From Spirochaetota bacterium (GTDB taxonomy: Bacteria; Spirochaetota; JAGLSM01; JAKPMW01): a DNA stretch of 50,489 nt. The DNA lies in contig DAIREN010000004.1 of assembly GCA_036795535.1 (NCBI GenBank), positions 1 to 50,489 on the forward strand, in the 5' to 3' direction. The position numbers and the translations under genes are program-made. This document shows, piece by piece, positions 1-9,239 of the stretch (positions within the stretch are counted from its first letter, which is position 1; each line of letters opens with the position of its first letter). Under the pieces are notes generated by a model that was given only the letters and a program-made list of their open reading frames with translations, was not told where the DNA came from and ran no database searches.

Positions 1-682
1 TCATCTTACCGAGCAACCGCCCCCAGAGGACATGAAAGGCCCCCACCTCATATGCGTGAAAATGGGCTACGTGCTCGAGGATCCGCCGCCAGACGTTTTC
101 CTCCGGCTCGATCCCGGCCCGCGCGAGCACTTCCTGCGTGTGCTCCAAAAAAACCCCCAGCTTGACCGGCTCCACCGGCGGAGCATCCACGGGGGGTGCC
201 GCCAGCGTGGCCCGCGAGAGTTCATAGGCATAGACCATGACGGCCTGGGCCAGATTGAGCGAAGGGTAGGCCGCAGCGAGGGGGACCGTTGTCACAACAT
301 GACACAGCGCCAACTGCTCGTTGCTCAGCCCGTTTTGTTCGCTGCCAAACACGAGGGCGACCCGCATGGCCGGATCGTTCTTTTCTTTGAGGAACAGCGG
401 CAGGTCCCGCGAATCGACGAGTGGTCGCGGGAAGGCCCGGTGGCGGGCTGTCGTCCCAACCACAAGATCAGCGCCCTTGACCGCCTCAGCCAGCGTTGCA
501 CAGACGCGTGCCCCCGCAAGAACCTCCTCCGACCCGACAGCCAGCCAGCGCGCCCGCTCGTCCTCATGCCCACTGGGATTGACAAGGACCAGATCGCCAA
601 ACCCGCAGGTCACCAGGGCCCGGGCAGCCGCCCCGATGTTTTCGGGGACTGCCGGTTCAACCAGTACAAACGTGATATGCAT
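1..682 (-). CDS. trmJ: tRNA 2'-O-methyltransferase TrmJ (SpoU/TrmH fold); C-terminal end runs off the left edge of the window
   Basis: No stop codon inside the window, so it is missing from the ORF track. Hand translation of the reverse strand from ATG 682-680 gives MHITFVLVEPAVPENIGAAARALVTCGFGDLVLVNP...RVALVFGSEQNGLSNEQLALCH...YPSLNLAQAVMVYAYEL, the TrmJ/SpoU pattern. The 32..829 + ORF is its antisense shadow. Confidence 0.8.
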   Translation of the reverse strand, partial: MHITFVLVEPAVPENIGAAARALVTCGFGDLVLVNPSGHEDERARWLAVGSEEVLAGARVCATLAEAVKGADLVVGTTARHRAFPRPLVDSRDLPLFLKEKNDPAMRVALVFGSEQNGLSNEQLALCHVVTTVPLAAAYPSLNLAQAVMVYAYELSRATLAAPPVDAPPVEPVKLGVFLEHTQEVLARAGIEPEENVWRRILEHVAHFHAYEVGAFHVLWGRLLGKM

Positions 683-865
683 CCATCCTCCAGAGCCTGC
701 CTCATCCGCCTGTCATTCAGGCGGGTACCCGCACATTGTCTGGTAAAGATAGCCGAAAACAACACCAATCCGGGCTGGTTATTACAAACATGTGATGAAT
801 ACTCCCGGAGTCCCATCTCAATATCATGAAATGCTGCGGATTTTCACCGGTTGTACCGTCCCGGA

Positions 866-894
866 CTGACAGTTTCGGGCGAAGGGGGTATGAT
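866..894 (+). promoter_or_regulatory. sigma70-like promoter candidate for the SH3b gene
   Basis: cTGACA (866-871), 17-nt spacer, TATGAT (889-894), about 38 nt upstream of ATG 932. Consensus match only. Confidence 0.4.
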
Positions 895-931
895 AGTTCG
901 TGCAGTCCGGACACCACAAAGGAGCCCCGCA

Positions 932-1567
932 ATGAAACTTGCCATTTCCCTCATCCTTGCCCTGATCGCTGTTTTCCCTCTCTTTGCCGCCGAAGAACGC
1001 ACCCCCTGTGTCGTCCTCGGCAGCCCCGTCAATATCCGCAGCGGTTCAGCCGCAAACAGCCCGGTGATTGACTCCATCGCCGAGGGCCAGATGATCGACA
1101 TGCTCCAGCTTGAAGACACACCTGTCACCATCGGCAATCTGACTGATGTCTGGGCCCAGGTGCGCACACCGGGCCAGGGTCGCCTGGGCTATGTCTTTGC
1201 CGCCTTTTTATTCCCCCTCTACGAACTGACCGCCAACCCCTGGCTCAACATGAATGCTGATGGTGTGGTCCTCGAACGAGTCTCATTTGCCCAAAACGGC
1301 ACCTTTGCCTGGGAAGCCAGCCCGGATGCCAACGGAAACCTGAAAAAAGCCACCGGTCGCTGGCAGCGCGCCGGCCGAACCATCACCCTGACCTTTACCC
1401 GCATCGCCGCCGGAATGAACATCAACCCGGGCGCACAGCGAAGCCTCTACCTCTACCGGCACGAACAGGCCAGCGCCCTCGCCAGCGAGTATTCAACGAT
1501 TTCAGGCGGACTCAAAAAGACAACCGTGTTGTACAAAAAAGCCGCCAGCGAAGGATGCAGCATGTAA
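932..1567 (+). CDS. secreted SH3b-domain protein with an unassigned C-terminal domain
   Basis: Internal ATG 932 is preceded by AAAGGAG (918-924). Signal peptide MKLAISLILALIAVFPLFAAEE. SH3b-like stretch VNIRSGSAANSPVIDSIAEGQMIDML...WAQVRTPGQGRLGYVFAAFL. The ORF-track start 851 is a TTG extension. Confidence 0.6.
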   Translation: MKLAISLILALIAVFPLFAAEERTPCVVLGSPVNIRSGSAANSPVIDSIAEGQMIDMLQLEDTPVTIGNLTDVWAQVRTPGQGRLGYVFAAFLFPLYELTANPWLNMNADGVVLERVSFAQNGTFAWEASPDANGNLKKATGRWQRAGRTITLTFTRIAAGMNINPGAQRSLYLYRHEQASALASEYSTISGGLKKTTVLYKKAASEGCSM

Positions 1568-1662
1568 CTCCTGGTCCGCTTTTACATTGTTATGTGTTTT
1601 TTGAGGAATGGCCTCAGGACGCGTCGTGGACGTGCATACGCATGGTTTTTGTATGGACAGAA

Positions 1663-1713
1663 CCCGGGATGCCTGCACCCTCTCCAGAGAGGGTGCAGGC
1701 ATCCCGGGTTTTT
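1663..1713 (+). terminator. rho-independent terminator between convergent genes
   Basis: Perfect inverted repeat cccgggatgcctgcaccctctc / gagagggtgcaggcatcccggg (1663-1708) followed by TTTTT. It lies between the gene ends at 1567 (+) and 1730 (-). Confidence 0.7.
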
Positions 1714-1729
1714 CGGAGACTGGGTCTCG

Positions 1730-3505
1730 TTACCAACTCCCGATGCGGGGCAAGCCCTCGGGCGTTCCAAGCGTGCCGGTCTCAATCACATACTGGACCA
1801 GCGCATCCGCAGTCGTCATCCCGGCAGAAACCGGGCCGCTTTCAAACGAAAAACTCGTTGTACTGGCCAGATAGGTGCTCAATGCCACCTTGTGTGGCCC
1901 AGGTCCAAGCACCGTACCCGAATAATCCGTCAATCGATATGGGGAGTACGTCTTGTTGATCTTGATTCCGGATACCTGCATATCTGAGCGGGTCGCACAG
2001 AAGTCTTGCAACTGCGCAAGCGTCATCTGATAGGTCACGAGTTCGTTCCCGAAGGGATCAAGCTCAAAGATCTGTTTGCGCGAGAGTGGTCCGGCCGGAA
2101 TCGAGCTGACCCGGATTCCACCATTGTTTTGAAATGCAGCGACAGCCCCTGTTACATGCCGCTGTCCATCCGTCATAAAGCTCCCGAGTGCAGACTGTCC
2201 CGAGAGCGTGACCGAAAGCGTCGCTATCTGGGCGTCCATAAAAGGATTTGACATGTACCCGTCCACAAGTGTCCGGACAGCGCTGTCCTCGCCGGCAATC
2301 CCGGAAACGGACACCAAGCTGCTGGATTTTTCGGTCACCTGCCCATTGACAAAGCGCAGGCGGACAAGGCCAACATAGGACAGCTTGGTCCCTGTCTGCG
2401 CAATCAATGGCGTCCCGTTGGAGCCGGCCCCTCCTTCAATCACGGAGTGCGAATGTCCACCCAGGATCACGTCCAGCCAGGAGCAACTTGAAGCCAGGCT
2501 GTTGTCGACACTGGCCCCGATATGGGTCAACGCGATCACGGCCCGGTTTTGCCTGGGCAGGCTCGCATACCCGGAAGCCACTGTCACCGGATCCGAAAAG
2601 GTCAATCCAACAACCTTGTCCGGATGGGTTGAAGGGATCCCCTGCGAGTTCCTCTCGGTCAGACCCAAAAAGACGAGCTCCATCCCGCCCGGAAAATTCG
2701 TCGTAAAGGTTGCGACCGGCTGCTGCAAGACCCCGCCGCTGACCGTGATATTGGCCGAGATCCAGCGCATGGGCGTCTGGCTCATCCGCGCGTTCAGCTC
2801 GGCCTGCCCGTAATCGAATTCGTGATTCCCGATCGCACTCAACCGGAAGCCTGACTGATACATGACATCGATCATGGGATATCCCGGTGGGGTGTACTGG
2901 TCCACATAGGGATTCCCCGAAAATCCATCGCCGGCCGACACGACCATCACGTTGGCATTGGTCGCCTGATACTGCTTGACCAGCCAGGCGATCTTCGGGT
3001 ACCCGTCCAGCGAACCGTGCATGTCGTTGACATGGAAGATAAAGACCACCCCGTTGGCCGGCCCGGTGGAGCTTGACGAGGATGAAACCGACAGTGAGCT
3101 GGAAGATGCCGACGAAACAGGCTGAGAACTTGATGAAGATGAAGCCGGTTGCGAGCTGGAGGGGGTCGACGAAACAGGTTGAACACTTGATGAAGACGAA
3201 GCCGGTTGCGAACTGGAGTATGTCGGGACTGAAACAGACTGCACACTCGAAGAGACCGGACTGGAGCAGACCGAGGAACTCGAAACGGGCGAGGATATCG
3301 AGGAAAAAGACGGCTGACTGGAGGACACAGAATGCGATGCCGACGCGCTGCTCGATATCAGACCTGGAAGGCTGGATCCTGAAGACAGCGCACTCTCCGA
3401 GGACGATTGGCCAAAGCCCGGGCCGATAGCATCATCGGAACAGGAGACAACGCTTCCGGCGAGGGCGAGACCAAATGCAAAAACAATGACAGATTTCTTC
3501 AACAA
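1730..3505 (-). CDS. lipoprotein bifunctional metallophosphatase/5'-nucleotidase (UshA-like) with a long poly-Ser tether
   Basis: Motifs HVNDMHG, GDGFSGN, GNHEFD and GGHSH, plus a C-terminal 5'-nucleotidase domain. Lipobox LAGSVVSC followed by SDD. About 130 aa of Ser-rich linker. The track start 3538 is TTG. I prefer TTG 3505, which has AAGGAG 10 nt upstream and gives MLKKSVIVFAFGLALAGSVVSC. The true start lies somewhere in 3505-3538. Confidence 0.8.
   Translation of the reverse strand: MLKKSVIVFAFGLALAGSVVSCSDDAIGPGFGQSSSESALSSGSSLPGLISSSASASHSVSSSQPSFSSISSPVSSSSVCSSPVSSSVQSVSVPTYSSSQPASSSSSVQPVSSTPSSSQPASSSSSSQPVSSASSSSLSVSSSSSSTGPANGVVFIFHVNDMHGSLDGYPKIAWLVKQYQATNANVMVVSAGDGFSGNPYVDQYTPPGYPMIDVMYQSGFRLSAIGNHEFDYGQAELNARMSQTPMRWISANITVSGGVLQQPVATFTTNFPGGMELVFLGLTERNSQGIPSTHPDKVVGLTFSDPVTVASGYASLPRQNRAVIALTHIGASVDNSLASSCSWLDVILGGHSHSVIEGGAGSNGTPLIAQTGTKLSYVGLVRLRFVNGQVTEKSSSLVSVSGIAGEDSAVRTLVDGYMSNPFMDAQIATLSVTLSGQSALGSFMTDGQRHVTGAVAAFQNNGGIRVSSIPAGPLSRKQIFELDPFGNELVTYQMTLAQLQDFCATRSDMQVSGIKINKTYSPYRLTDYSGTVLGPGPHKVALSTYLASTTSFSFESGPVSAGMTTADALVQYVIETGTLGTPEGLPRIGSW
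3110..3223. repeat. 2 x 57-bp tandem repeat (about 86% identical) inside the Ser-rich tether of the 5'-nucleotidase, with a degenerate third copy starting at 3224
   Basis: Units 3110-3166 and 3167-3223 aligned by hand with 8 mismatches in 57. They encode SSSQPASSSSSVQPVSSTP / SSSQPASSSSSSQPVSSAS. Confidence 0.8.
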
Positions 3506-3565
3506 AATAAATTTTCTCCTTACAGGCACATGCCTCAACGCTGGATTAATACTACTCCAATTTTC

Positions 3566-4594
3566 TCACTCCAGCGAGAGATCCAGCATGACCGGGTAAT
3601 GGTCCGAAATACGCGGGGAAACACCCTTCATCAGAATCCGTACCGACCCCGGTACATACCTGGCATATAACGCCGGCGAGAGAATGACGTGATCCAGGAT
3701 CGCATCGGCAAACGCTTTCGGATCTGGCCAGATCGGAGAACGCCAGGTGTATCCGTCCGGCAATGGCAGATGCGTGAGATTGACCGCCGTAAAATCATTG
3801 GCCGTATTGCCTGGATTGTCGGACTTCATGGTCAGATAGCCGATGGTGCCGGCATCGATAAATTCGATGGAAGGTGTGATCGTGTTCATGTCTCCGCAGA
3901 CCAGGATCCAGTCATTTTCTTCACTGTGATTTGACTTGATATACTCTTCCAAGGCATGGGCCTGGGCACGTCGTCTCTGCCTGTCGATTTCTTCGTCAGC
4001 AGCTTTGAGATGGCCTCCATACACCCAGAAACTGCGCGAGCCAACCTGGATATTCACCCGGGCTATGTATCGGGGCGCACTGACTGTGTTGCCTGATACC
4101 GGATCAGGATAAAAGCCACGGACCACCTGAGAATACCCTGTGATCGCAAACCGGCTCCAGACGGAGATTTCATCCTTGAGCAAATAATCCTCGTTCGGGT
4201 CGGTCGTGTTCGACGTTGTCATGCGCCAGTCCATTGCCACACCCCGGTCAGACAGCGCCTGCGAAAAACGGGGGGCATCGTAGGGCTCGGTCTCGGAGAG
4301 TATCAGGATATCAATCCCGTTGGTCGCCACGAGATCCGCAACCGTCCCCCAGGTCCCGGTCCCGGCAAGACTGTCACTGTTGAAGTCCTCAGCGTTAAAA
4401 AAAGCCACCCGGATGGTTGATCCGACACTTGCTGCGGAAAAAGAGGATGAAGCCTCTGACGAGACTGATCTCGCGGATGAGCTCGTCGCGAGACTGGTTG
4501 TGGAGCCCCCAAGATTTGGATACACGTCATCCGAGCATCCTGTTGCGAGAATCCCCGCGCCTGCAACCATGGCCAAAACAATCCAGTTCCACAT
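3566..4594 (-). CDS. lipoprotein of the endonuclease/exonuclease/phosphatase (EEP) family
   Basis: ATG 4594 with GGAGG 5 nt upstream. Lipobox ILATGC followed by SDD, then a Ser-rich tether. EEP hallmarks LILSETE, LVCGDMNT and a C-terminal ISDHYPV. Confidence 0.75.
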   Translation of the reverse strand: MWNWIVLAMVAGAGILATGCSDDVYPNLGGSTTSLATSSSARSVSSEASSSFSAASVGSTIRVAFFNAEDFNSDSLAGTGTWGTVADLVATNGIDILILSETEPYDAPRFSQALSDRGVAMDWRMTTSNTTDPNEDYLLKDEISVWSRFAITGYSQVVRGFYPDPVSGNTVSAPRYIARVNIQVGSRSFWVYGGHLKAADEEIDRQRRRAQAHALEEYIKSNHSEENDWILVCGDMNTITPSIEFIDAGTIGYLTMKSDNPGNTANDFTAVNLTHLPLPDGYTWRSPIWPDPKAFADAILDHVILSPALYARYVPGSVRILMKGVSPRISDHYPVMLDLSLE

Positions 4595-4729
4595 GCCAAC
4601 CTCCAGTGACTCGTCACGATTGATGCACTATCCCGTACTCCCGACTTTCAAGCTGAGACAACACGGGAATCCAATACCATGAATCTACCCTCTCGCACTG
4701 CGGGTGGCCCGATTTCCTCAATAAACCTG

Positions 4730-4765
4730 AAAAAAAGAACCCCCGTGACGGGAGTTCTTTTTTTT
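4730..4765 (-). terminator. rho-independent (bidirectional-type) terminator after the ExeM-like nuclease gene
   Basis: A7 (4730-4736), a 9-bp stem with one mismatch (agaaccccc / gggagttct, loop gtgac), then T8 (4758-4765). On the reverse strand the hairpin is followed by T7, just downstream of the stop at 4779. Confidence 0.7.
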
Positions 4766-4778
4766 GGCACAGAACGGA

Positions 4779-6395
4779 TTACAGCGTGATCTTGATCCTG
4801 ACAGCATAGTGATCGGTCGGGTTGCTCGAAGCGTTTCCGGAACCAATCCGCTTGGCTGAGCCGGCAACATATTTTGTCATCAGGGCTGGAGATATGACAA
4901 TATGGTCAAGTGTCAGGCCACTTGGAAAATTGAAAGTCGTTGTATTGGGATAAATGGCTGTTCGTCCAAACGAGGTAAAATCATTGGAGGCATCGCCATC
5001 ATCCTTGAGCTCAAGCATCGTTACAGTATTGCCTACTGTCCAGTCGCCGCTGTTCATTGTATTCATGTCCCCAAGAAGGACAATGTAGTCAGTTGCCAGA
5101 TTATGGTTGGCTCGCAGGTAATTGGCCAAAGCCTGCGCCTGTTCTACCCTCAGTTCCTGGGCCGAAGACTCCGTACCCGACTTGAGATGGCACCCGTAAA
5201 ACCAGACAGCATTCCCGCTGGCAAATGTGACTTTATACCGGTAAATCGTTCTGGGGCCCGGCGGATCAAGAATCTCGCTGACATCGGAAAGAGAATAGCG
5301 ACTAAAGGCACCAATACTGTTGTAATTATCACTCATTGAAGAGAACGAGTGATAATTCATTGCCCAGCCGGTTGTCGTCAGCGCTGTAGCAAAACTGGCC
5401 TCATCTCCATCATTGTTTTCAACCTCGCATAAATTGATAACATCCGCCTGGTTCGTTTTGACAATGGTTGCTATCGTACTATATGTTCCACCACTGATCT
5501 CGCCACCCTTGTCGAACTTCTCGACGTTATAGGTCATGATGGTATAGGTGGCAACAGCACCGGATGTCACGCTCGAAGCACTGAATGCCGACGAGACAGT
5601 CGAAATCGACGAAGCAGCCGACGAGCTTGTCGAGACACTCGTCGCAGATCCCGTATACAACATGACCTGCAGTGTTCCATTATAGTTCCCGACCGGCCCA
5701 CGCATGGTGTATGTTCCGGCAGTGATAGACGAACCCGACTCGTTCCGGTACTGGATTCCGCCAATCGTGACATTGCTCGAATCGCCCAGCGATGACAGGA
5801 GTATCACTGGACTGACACTCCATGCCTTGCCCTCATCGGCCGCTGACGGGACACCGGAACCTCTCACGACCGGGTTACCCGAACTGACCACACTGAATCC
5901 TGTGTAGGCTGTAACCTCCTTGAGCTGGTTATACATCTTCCCCTTGGTCGCGGTAAAACTGACGAGATCCCCGACTCCAGGCTGATCAACCGCCGTCGTA
6001 TAGACCATGATCCCTGCCTCGCTGTCCTGGATCCAGAACGCGCCGGCCGACTTGACCGCATGCACAATACCTGTCACCGTATACGAAAATGAAATTTCGG
6101 TAGAACTGGTGATAGCGGCACGAACAGTAGCGATATTGCCGCTGAACGATGAAACGCTGGCTGCGGAGGAAACAGCCGGAGCTGAAGAGGAAGAGGAAGA
6201 GACAGACCCGGAAGAATTCGCGGAAGCCGACGAGTCTCCCGCAGAAGACTGCGCCATGGAAGACAGCAAAACCGCACTGCTGCTCGAGCCGTCCGGCGGT
6301 GTCACAACCTCATCATCCGAACAAGCCGAAAAAGCGACAAAAAACTCACCACAATACCAACGCAAAAGACTCTTTTCATGGACGCTCCAATACAT
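4779..6395 (-). CDS. ExeM/NucH-like extracellular nuclease lipoprotein (OB-like domain + EEP domain); N-terminal signal peptide disrupted by a frame change
   Basis: Lipobox FVAFSAC followed by SDD, then a Ser-rich tether. OB-like region TVTGIVHAV..AFWIQD..GDLVSFTATKGKMYNQLKE. EEP motifs NLCEVEN, LLGDMNT and TDHYAV. ATG 6395 has no SD. The SD-preceded ATG at 6379 is in another frame (see finding). Confidence 0.7.
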   Translation of the reverse strand: MYWSVHEKSLLRWYCGEFFVAFSACSDDEVVTPPDGSSSSAVLLSSMAQSSAGDSSASANSSGSVSSSSSSAPAVSSAASVSSFSGNIATVRAAITSSTEISFSYTVTGIVHAVKSAGAFWIQDSEAGIMVYTTAVDQPGVGDLVSFTATKGKMYNQLKEVTAYTGFSVVSSGNPVVRGSGVPSAADEGKAWSVSPVILLSSLGDSSNVTIGGIQYRNESGSSITAGTYTMRGPVGNYNGTLQVMLYTGSATSVSTSSSAASSISTVSSAFSASSVTSGAVATYTIMTYNVEKFDKGGEISGGTYSTIATIVKTNQADVINLCEVENNDGDEASFATALTTTGWAMNYHSFSSMSDNYNSIGAFSRYSLSDVSEILDPPGPRTIYRYKVTFASGNAVWFYGCHLKSGTESSAQELRVEQAQALANYLRANHNLATDYIVLLGDMNTMNSGDWTVGNTVTMLELKDDGDASNDFTSFGRTAIYPNTTTFNFPSGLTLDHIVISPALMTKYVAGSAKRIGSGNASSNPTDHYAVRIKITL

Positions 6396-6564
6396 ATTTC
6401 ATGCTTGAAGTATAGCGCAATAACATATTCACAACATGTTAATTTTTCTATAATTAGTAGAATATTCTTACTTTTTTGTGATATTATTGTTACGGATTTA
6501 TATTCTACAATCCGGGGGAAAGAACCAGGAACGCAGCCCGGGCACAAGGTTCATGTTTCGCCCC

Positions 6565-6594
6565 TTGCGGTCACCACAGTGTGTCCGCTACAAT
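6565..6594 (+). promoter_or_regulatory. sigma70-like promoter candidate for the dGTPase-like gene
   Basis: TTGCGG (6565-6570), 18-nt spacer, TACAAT (6589-6594), 25 nt upstream of ATG 6619. It lies downstream of a markedly AT-rich divergent region (6396-6520). Confidence 0.35.
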
Positions 6595-6618
6595 GGACAC
6601 TGGATGCAGGAGGGACCC

Positions 6619-7812
6619 ATGTCAAAAACAGCCATCGAATCCATCGTCGAAACAAGAGACAAACGCGCCGAACAGACCCTTGGAGAACATGCCTGCCACT
6701 TTTCGGAGGCAAAGCGCCTGCGCAGTGATTCCGGGCGAGCCGACAATGCCAGCATCCGCACACCTTTTGCCCGTGACTCTGACCGTATCATCCATTCCCG
6801 GGCCTACGCCCGCTATATAGACAAGACTCAGGTTTTTTCATTTTTTGAAAACGACCACATCACGCATAGAGTCCTGCATGTCCAGTTCGTCTCGCGGATC
6901 GGGCGGACCATCGGGCGCTCCCTGGCCCTCAACGAAGACCTGATCGAAGCCATCTCCCTCGGCCACGACATCGGCCATGCGCCCTTTGGCCATTTCGGTG
7001 AAAAAGTGATCAACACGATCTGTCACGACGAGAAAATCGGATGCTTTTATCACAACGTCCAGGGTGTCCGTTTCTTTCATGAAATCGAACGGAACGGGAC
7101 CGGCATCAATCTGACGGTCCAGACACTGGACGGGATCATCTGCCACAATGGGGAGGTCCTCCAAAGCAGCTACCGTCCCGACAGAAGCAAGACCCCGGAA
7201 GAGATGCTCGCCGAATACCGGCGCAGCCTCGTTGAAGATGGTGTCGGGATCAATCTCGTCCCGATGACCCTCGAGGCCTGTGTCGTCCGCATTGCCGACG
7301 TGATTGCCTATATCGGGCGCGATATCGAGGACGCGATTCATATCGGACTGATCAAGCGCAGCGACCTCCCGCCTTCGGTCACTGGAATCCTCGGCTCCGA
7401 CAATGCAGCCATCATCGACCACCTGGTTCTCGACCTTTTGGAGCAGAGCTATGGCCGTGACGAAATCCGCTTCAGCGAACCTGTCTTCACGGCCCTCAAG
7501 GAACTTCTCTCCTTCAATTACTCCTACATCTACACCAATCGCCGGATCATGCGGGAACACGGCAAGGTCGCCCGGATCATCCGCATGCTCTATGACAAAT
7601 ATCATGCTGAAATGCAGGAGGGCTTTGTCGAGAACAGCCCCTTTGCCCATCATTGCCGCGAACTCGGACCGGATTTTGTGAAGCGGCAGGGTCCGCGCAT
7701 CATCATCGATTTTCTGGCCGGCATGACGGACGATTACCTGATCAACCAGTTCCGCAGCATCTTTATGCCCGACAGTTACGGCTACAAACTCAATGAAGAC
7801 CGGGCCCGCTGA
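6619..7812 (+). CDS. dgt: dGTP triphosphohydrolase-like HD-domain protein
   Basis: ATG 6619 with AGGAGG 5 nt upstream. N-terminus RTPFARDSDRIIHSRAYARY; HD motif HRVLHV...HDIGHAPFGH; C-terminal DFLAGMTDDY. Confidence 0.8.
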   Translation: MSKTAIESIVETRDKRAEQTLGEHACHFSEAKRLRSDSGRADNASIRTPFARDSDRIIHSRAYARYIDKTQVFSFFENDHITHRVLHVQFVSRIGRTIGRSLALNEDLIEAISLGHDIGHAPFGHFGEKVINTICHDEKIGCFYHNVQGVRFFHEIERNGTGINLTVQTLDGIICHNGEVLQSSYRPDRSKTPEEMLAEYRRSLVEDGVGINLVPMTLEACVVRIADVIAYIGRDIEDAIHIGLIKRSDLPPSVTGILGSDNAAIIDHLVLDLLEQSYGRDEIRFSEPVFTALKELLSFNYSYIYTNRRIMREHGKVARIIRMLYDKYHAEMQEGFVENSPFAHHCRELGPDFVKRQGPRIIIDFLAGMTDDYLINQFRSIFMPDSYGYKLNEDRAR

Positions 7813-7867
7813 AAAGGCAGGCCCGGTTGTTCAGGCAGAGAGCGGCCAAACCCCTTGCCCCGTCGGC

Positions 7868-8818
7868 TTACACTCTGGCGCGGATCGAGTTTTCGAGCTT
7901 GACAAGATCGGCCGCAAATTTCCGGATACCTTCGGAGAGTTTTTCGGTTGCCATCGCATCCTCGTTCAGGAGCCAGCGGAACGCTTTTTCATCGACAGCG
8001 AGCCTGTCAACCGGTGAAATTGTTGCAGGATCGAGCCTCCGGACCAGACTGCCATCCATCGATTCAAGCTCCTTGAGCAGTGACGGCGCAATCGTCAAAA
8101 GGTCACAACCTGCCAGTTCGACAATCTCGCCCGTATTCCGGAAGGACGCCCCCATCACCTCGGTCTTGTGCCCATGGTGTTTGTAATAATTGTAGATCGT
8201 CGCAACGGAAAGCACTCCCGGGTCTTCGATAGCCGGAATGGCATCCACCCCGCGATCCTTCTTGTACCAATCGAGGATCCGTCCGACAAACGGAGAGATC
8301 AGGGTGACCCCGGCCTCGGCGCAGGCAACCGCCTGCACCAGACTGAACAGGAGTGTGAGATTGGTATGGATCCCTTCCTTTTCGAGAACCCTGGCAGCCT
8401 CGATACCCTCCCAGGTTGCGGCGACCTTGATCAGAATCCGCTCGCGCGGAATCCCGGCTTCCTTGTACAGGGCAATCAGGTCCCGGGCCTTGGCGATGGT
8501 TGCCCCGGTATCAAACGAGAGCCGTGCATCGACTTCGGTCGAGACACGGTTGGGGACAATCTTGAGGATCTCGATCCCGAAATTGACCGCCAGTTTATCC
8601 AGACAGAGTGCGAGCCGCTTGGCGGGATCCCCGCTCTGCTTCCCGGCCCAGAGAATCGCTTCATCGACAAGATGGGCATACTGTGGATCACCCGCTGCCG
8701 CGTAAATCAGGGACGGGTTGGTTGTCGCATCGACCGGCTTGTACTGCTTCATGGACTGAAAATCTCCGGTGTCCGCAACCACCTTGGTCATGGCCTTCAA
8801 CTGTTCCAAGAGACTCAT
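7868..8818 (-). CDS. tal: transaldolase
   Basis: [20 protein letters not shown]...TTNPSL...[13 protein letters not shown]...[15 protein letters not shown] 8818 with GGAGG 6 nt upstream. Confidence 0.9.
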   Translation of the reverse strand: MSLLEQLKAMTKVVADTGDFQSMKQYKPVDATTNPSLIYAAAGDPQYAHLVDEAILWAGKQSGDPAKRLALCLDKLAVNFGIEILKIVPNRVSTEVDARLSFDTGATIAKARDLIALYKEAGIPRERILIKVAATWEGIEAARVLEKEGIHTNLTLLFSLVQAVACAEAGVTLISPFVGRILDWYKKDRGVDAIPAIEDPGVLSVATIYNYYKHHGHKTEVMGASFRNTGEIVELAGCDLLTIAPSLLKELESMDGSLVRRLDPATISPVDRLAVDEKAFRWLLNEDAMATEKLSEGIRKFAADLVKLENSIRARV

Positions 8819-8855
8819 TCGCAACCTCCATGATATGTTCGCGTCCATACGCGTT

Positions 8856-9200
8856 TCACGTGGAAAGCCCCTCCAGAAGACGGTACAAACGCTCTTCCTC
8901 GTCGGCTTGAATCTCGTCGAAGCTCACCCCGATTTCACACTGGCGATATGCCAACTGATGGACCCAACACACTCTGCCCTTGAGGGTGATCCCGTCCGCC
9001 CCGGAATGGACCGTGATCGATATCCCGTCCCCGGGAACGGCATTGGCACTCCCGACGAGTTTCAATCCCCCCTTGCTGACATCAAGGGAGCGCGAAATCC
9101 CGCATCCATGATCGCCACCATCGGCTCCAAAGAGTTGATATTTGACCGGCAGGGTGAGTTCAAACCGGGGATGCCGTCGCTTGTCCGTACTGGCTGTCAT
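8856..9200 (-). CDS. PilZ-domain protein (putative c-di-GMP receptor)
   Basis: RRHPR (RxxxR) and DVSKGG (D/NxSxxG) motifs at PilZ spacing. ATG 9200 preceded by GGGGAGGAG. 114 aa. It lies 37 nt upstream of tal, so the two are probably co-transcribed. Confidence 0.7.
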   Translation of the reverse strand: MTASTDKRRHPRFELTLPVKYQLFGADGGDHGCGISRSLDVSKGGLKLVGSANAVPGDGISITVHSGADGITLKGRVCWVHQLAYRQCEIGVSFDEIQADEEERLYRLLEGLST

Positions 9201-9239
9201 TCGTTCTCCTCCCCGGGCTGGTCCATGGTGCTGGAGTGC

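Noticed and set aside
32-829. 265-aa + strand ORF at the left edge
   Set aside because: It is the antisense shadow of trmJ. The reverse strand gives a clean SpoU/TrmJ protein, while this ORF has no SD and an Arg/Pro/Gly-rich composition typical of GC-rich antisense frames.
6302-6547. 81-aa reverse-strand ORF in the AT-rich divergent region
   Set aside because: It is not an independent gene. Only its last 25 codons (from ATG 6379) are meaningful, as the displaced signal-peptide half of the nuclease (see the frameshift finding).
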